Below are positions 42,179-45,523 of a stretch of DNA of 45,523 nucleotides, piece by piece. The notes below the pieces were generated by a model that saw only the letters and a program-made list of their open reading frames with translations, had not been told where the DNA came from and searched no databases. The stretch comes from a virus. Its lineage: Duplodnaviria; Caudoviricetes. The position numbers and the translations under genes were made by a program. Each line of letters starts with the position of its first letter. Position 1 is the first letter of the stretch. The stretch is taken from the IMG/VR virus record IMGVR_UViG_3300025654_000017, positions 1 to 45,523 of that record; one strand, given 5' to 3'.

Positions 42179-42600
42179 TAGAATACATATTTGTCCTCGC
42201 CTCCGTAGCAGCCGTTAGCACGGCCACCAATCTCTGATGTTGACTCCAATACAATGCCAATCTTGCAATCAGCAACATCGTTGAGGAAGTTCATAGCATC
42301 TTGGTATTCGCTGCGCCGCATCTCACCCTCGTCCTCACTGCCAGTGGTTGGCAATGTGGCTCTTAGGTTGTGGCGTGCGATGGTAGCGGCTGAGTGTAGG
42401 CACTCTTGTGGGATAGTCCCTGCCGATCCTAGCTCATTGCGGTTACATGCTGCGACTTTAGCCCTTACCAAGCTAGTTACTTGGTCAAGGATACCAGCGA
42501 GCCTATCGCCAGTGCCACCGCCAGTTTCTTCAATGGCCTCAAGCTCACACTCGGCAAGCCTGTTGCGGATGTCGTCTGTTGTTAATGTAATCCAAGCCAT
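42178..42600 (-). CDS. Mu gp36-like (DUF1320) head-tail adaptor
   Basis: MAWITLTTDD...AATIARHNL...YQDAMNFLNDVA motifs. Confidence 0.7.
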   Translation of the reverse strand: MAWITLTTDDIRNRLAECELEAIEETGGGTGDRLAGILDQVTSLVRAKVAACNRNELGSAGTIPQECLHSAATIARHNLRATLPTTGSEDEGEMRRSEYQDAMNFLNDVADCKIGIVLESTSEIGGRANGCYGGEDKYVF

Positions 42601-42607
42601 GATGATA

Positions 42608-42652
42608 AAGAAAAAGCCCTACCGCCGCATGTTAGACACGGACGGCAGGGCT
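42608..42652 (-). terminator. Intrinsic terminator after the second capsid cluster
   Basis: AAGCCCTGCCGT...GCGGTAGGGCTT followed by TTTCTTT on the minus strand. Confidence 0.7.
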
Positions 42653-42681
42653 TACACTATATTGTTATGAAACAGAGTCTT

Positions 42682-43083
42682 TTAGAACAAGAGACGCAAG
42701 GTCACATCGTTAGCGAGTGTTCCCGGTGTGCTGTCAGCAGTCTGAGCTACACGGATGTAGCGACGAGTTGCTGGAGACAAGCGGAAACGAACGCTCTTGG
42801 CTGCATTGCCAACTCCACCCGCTCCGACAACGGAGGTGGTGATTGCCGGATCTAAAGCCGAAAACGAGGAGTTATCAGCAGAGTCCTCAAGAGCAAAGAA
42901 AAGGTTCTTAGCATCTGTGAGAAGTGCCTCTACGGGGATCTCGATCTCAGCAGCAACTGCCTCGATGTCTCCACCGATTTCTTGCTCTAGGTCGATTGAT
43001 GGGGTGTTAGCACCACCAGTTAACATTGTGACTGAAACTTCCTTAGAAGCGTCAACTTGGTTGCGATTGAATTCGTAAGCCAT
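42682..43083 (-). CDS. Putative capsid decoration protein
   Basis: 133 aa; LEDSADNSSF and TRRYIRV motifs; after the capsid gene. Confidence 0.6.
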   Translation of the reverse strand: MAYEFNRNQVDASKEVSVTMLTGGANTPSIDLEQEIGGDIEAVAAEIEIPVEALLTDAKNLFFALEDSADNSSFSALDPAITTSVVGAGGVGNAAKSVRFRLSPATRRYIRVAQTADSTPGTLANDVTLRLLF

Positions 43084-43089
43084 GATAAT

Positions 43090-43335
43090 TTATTGTTTTT
43101 TGGTTTTTTTGGTTATTTTCTTAGCCGCCTTTTTAGGAGCGATGATGGTGCAAGCACCGATTTCAAAACCCTCCGTGACACGGCAACCAGTTACGATTGC
43201 CGTGCCATTTTCGAGTCCGAGATTAACAGTGTGGTCGTCATTTTCAGCCAAAACGTATAACTCTTTAGAGCCGTTAGCTGCTTGATGGTAAGTTGCTGTT
43301 TTCATCGATCTTCTTAGCGGGTTGGGATTAGGCAA
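43090..43335 (-). CDS. Small hypothetical protein with a Lys-rich tail
   Basis: ORF between the capsid and decoration genes. Confidence 0.55.
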   Translation of the reverse strand: MPNPNPLRRSMKTATYHQAANGSKELYVLAENDDHTVNLGLENGTAIVTGCRVTEGFEIGACTIIAPKKAAKKITKKTKKQ

Positions 43336-44293
43336 CGATTGCTTCGGTGTTGATAATGGAGTCAGTTGCTACGATTGGGATGCCCTCAAAGTTAGTTGGA
43401 GTTGGCACATAGCCAGATCCACCTCCGAGCGTTCCAGTCTTAGCATCACCTTGAAGGGAAACTAAGCCAGCGCGTGCTGTCTGAAGTTGACGGCGTGAAC
43501 GGCGGCTCATGAGGAGAACGTCTGGAGTGAACCCGACTGGGAACGCTGCAATCATCTCAGCAAGAAGCTCGTCTGTAAGTCCCTTGCCAGCTTGTGCTGT
43601 AAGGTTGCAGATACGGCCGACTGCGTATGGATGAACACACTGCAATCCAGCCCATGCTGTAAGGTTGGAAACGTAGGCATCATACTGACCGTTATTGCTG
43701 TCAGTTACAGACTCCTCACGGAAACGTGGGAGACTGATTGGTGCGCCACCGCCGTAAACCATTTGAACAAACTCTGGTCCTAGCTTGAGAGCGTAGACTG
43801 AGGATGCGGTGTCAGCGGTTGAGCCAGTTGCGTCAATGCGAAGTCCAGAACCACCAGCAACGTGTGCTGTGTTGATTGCTTGGAGTCCGTCAAAGCCGTT
43901 AGCATCTTCGTCAGTGCCGTAGTAAACCTGCTTGCCAATTTCAATCATAGCGGAGCGCATAACGCCTTGAGCTTCGATTGCTTGGTAAGCGGCTGCACCG
44001 TCTTCATAGGCGGTAGCTACTGCCTTGTCCACGTTAACAGCTCCACGGAAGATGAAGGTTTCGACTAAGCGAGTCTTAAAGTCAGACTTACTTGGTGCGA
44101 TGCCTTCGTTAGCTTTCGTGAACCCGGTAGTTGGGAGCGAGTGACGGTCAACCGTCATGTAGCTTGTTCCAGAGACAGTGCGAGCTGGCAGGATTTCCAT
44201 TTCTGGGGCTGCATCAAGCACGGACTCAATCAAGCCGACTTCTTTACGATTGCCGTTAAGCTTCGCGATGTCTAGTAATGTTGGGTTTGCCAT
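43328..44293 (-). CDS. Major capsid protein (second phage, HK97 fold)
   Basis: 321 aa; PTLLDIAK, VDKAVA, NGFDGL, ASSVYALKLG, VGRICNL and FEGIPIVATDSIINTE motifs. Confidence 0.85.
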   Translation of the reverse strand: MANPTLLDIAKLNGNRKEVGLIESVLDAAPEMEILPARTVSGTSYMTVDRHSLPTTGFTKANEGIAPSKSDFKTRLVETFIFRGAVNVDKAVATAYEDGAAAYQAIEAQGVMRSAMIEIGKQVYYGTDEDANGFDGLQAINTAHVAGGSGLRIDATGSTADTASSVYALKLGPEFVQMVYGGGAPISLPRFREESVTDSNNGQYDAYVSNLTAWAGLQCVHPYAVGRICNLTAQAGKGLTDELLAEMIAAFPVGFTPDVLLMSRRSRRQLQTARAGLVSLQGDAKTGTLGGGSGYVPTPTNFEGIPIVATDSIINTEAIVA

Positions 44294-44301
44294 TGTATTA
44301 T

Positions 44302-45255
44302 TTAGTTAGATTCTTGTTCGTCGGCAAGGGCGGCAGCGATAAGTGCTGTGCCGTGAAGCTCGACTTTGGTTTCCTTAGCCTCGGCAGATGCCTTAACTTT
44401 AGCTTCGGTAATGTCACCGCCAATTTTTGGCACTGCATTGAGAGCTGCGATAGCAGAGTCACCATTGGCGACAACTTGCTGTTTCCAAAAGTCTTGGGTT
44501 ACGTCATCCTTAGCTGCGATGCGTCCATCTGCAATAGCTGCTTCAATAACTGAGGCGGCAGATGCTTCTTTGGATTCTTGCAGCTTGGCCTCGGCGGCTT
44601 CAAGCTTTTCGGTTGTTTCGTCAAGGCTAGACTGCAAAGCTTCAACCTTGGCGGCCTCGACTTTGAGAGCTTCGACACGCTTAGTGGCTAGCTCTACGCT
44701 GCCACCTTCTGCCTCTGTTAGAAGGCCACATGTGATAAGTTCACTCATTGGTATTGTTGTTTTGTTTGGTTGATCCGCAAATGCAGCGGCTATTCTTGGG
44801 ATATTACGGAAGGCAGGCTCGTTAACAAGGCTGCCCGCTGGTCCCGTAGAGGGAAGCCCCACGGGAACGCCATCATCGCCTAGATGGAAGGTGGGGGAAA
44901 AATATGAATAATCTCTAGCATCAATGGCTTGCTTGCCGCTGCCAGTCCACTCTAACTCCATCATCAAGCCCTTGCCCTCTTCATAATAGAAGCGTTTAGG
45001 TAGGGCGGCTGCTGGTCCAGTGTCATTGTGATCAAAATCAAAGTAAGGACGGACATTTTGCTCAAGCCTTTCCGTTAGGCTTGCTTGCATTACTTCAGCT
45101 ATCCCTTGCCCGTTTTCTGGGGTCATTTTAACAGTGACGTTTTTAGCAACGCCATCAACGCTAGGGGTGATGTTATGCACTCCCTCCGGGATATAGACGA
45201 TTTGAGCGAGGCCGTTGTCCTCTGTAATCTTGCTGTCTAAAGCTGTGACGATCAT
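44302..45255 (-). CDS. Mu-like prohead protease I with C-terminal scaffold
   Basis: FDFDH, LEWTGSG, YSYFSPTF and GSLVNEPAF motifs. Confidence 0.9.
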   Translation of the reverse strand: MIVTALDSKITEDNGLAQIVYIPEGVHNITPSVDGVAKNVTVKMTPENGQGIAEVMQASLTERLEQNVRPYFDFDHNDTGPAAALPKRFYYEEGKGLMMELEWTGSGKQAIDARDYSYFSPTFHLGDDGVPVGLPSTGPAGSLVNEPAFRNIPRIAAAFADQPNKTTIPMSELITCGLLTEAEGGSVELATKRVEALKVEAAKVEALQSSLDETTEKLEAAEAKLQESKEASAASVIEAAIADGRIAAKDDVTQDFWKQQVVANGDSAIAALNAVPKIGGDITEAKVKASAEAKETKVELHGTALIAAALADEQESN

Positions 45256-45262
45256 GGCTAGC

Positions 45263-45292
45263 AGTTTACGCTAGACTTTTGGAGTTGTGCAA
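45263..45292 (-). promoter_or_regulatory. Sigma70-like promoter, possibly leaderless
   Basis: TTGCAC-18 bp-TAAACT; ATG 7 nt downstream. Confidence 0.45.
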
Positions 45293-45310
45293 TGTTTCGG
45301 TGTGGTCCCG

Positions 45311-45523
45311 CTATCTGATCCCCAACTCGTCACCTCTAGCAATGAATTTCTTGCGTGCCAGCTTGAACGCTTCTAGCTCTTTTCTCAGCTTGGCCTTAAC
45401 ATCATCATCCATTGTCTTTGTGGAATATGTGAGGTTGTCGTTTAGCTCGCCCTTGGTTGGCTTAATGCCATCAACCTGCAATCCTAACTTGACTGCATCC
45501 TCCTTGCTGACATCCTCAACCCC
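45311..45523 (-). CDS. Partial C-terminus of a probable Mu gpF-like head morphogenesis protein
   Basis: My translation VEDVSKEDAVKLGLQVDG...DELGIR*; position upstream of the protease. Confidence 0.45.
   Translation of the reverse strand, partial: GVEDVSKEDAVKLGLQVDGIKPTKGELNDNLTYSTKTMDDDVKAKLRKELEAFKLARKKFIARGDELGIR

Noticed and set aside
1891-44293. A single phage encoding two complete, different capsid systems
   Set aside because: The exact 127-bp overlap and clean circularisation of 1-39372 explain it more simply as an assembly chimera; not fully excluded without reads.

Overview
Nearly all genes lie on the minus strand, and the window appears to join two different tailed phages. Bases 1-39372 form an apparently complete ~39.4-kb circular podovirus of BPP-1/T7-like virion architecture. 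It encodes TerS/TerL, portal, scaffold, capsid, adaptor, nozzle, ejection proteins (including a 2694-aa polyvalent protein with an ART-like domain), a tail fibre and an amidase lysis cassette. Its replication module is lambdoid (initiator, DnaB, RusA, exonuclease, ERF), and I see no DNA/RNA polymerase or integrase. Bases ~39500-45523 are the head-to-tail module of a second, Mu-like phage. The two are joined through a 313-bp repeat (1-313 = 39373-39685) inside a fibre-coding region. Its first 127 bp are exactly identical, as expected for an assembler k-mer overlap, so the join is probably chimeric, but it shows the two phages share a ~99% identical fibre segment. Most notable biology: (i) an ORF missed by the track (1364->1, continuing 39372->37665) fuses the head-tail adaptor to an ~830-aa fibre; (ii) a LamG-lectin cassette is flanked by a perfect 30-bp duplication of the nozzle gene start; (iii) the only convincing plus-strand gene, an SNase, follows a putative sRNA and a structured RNA leader; (iv) a pseudoknot/terminator leader precedes the replication gene. 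All family assignments come from motif recognition and synteny, not database searches.
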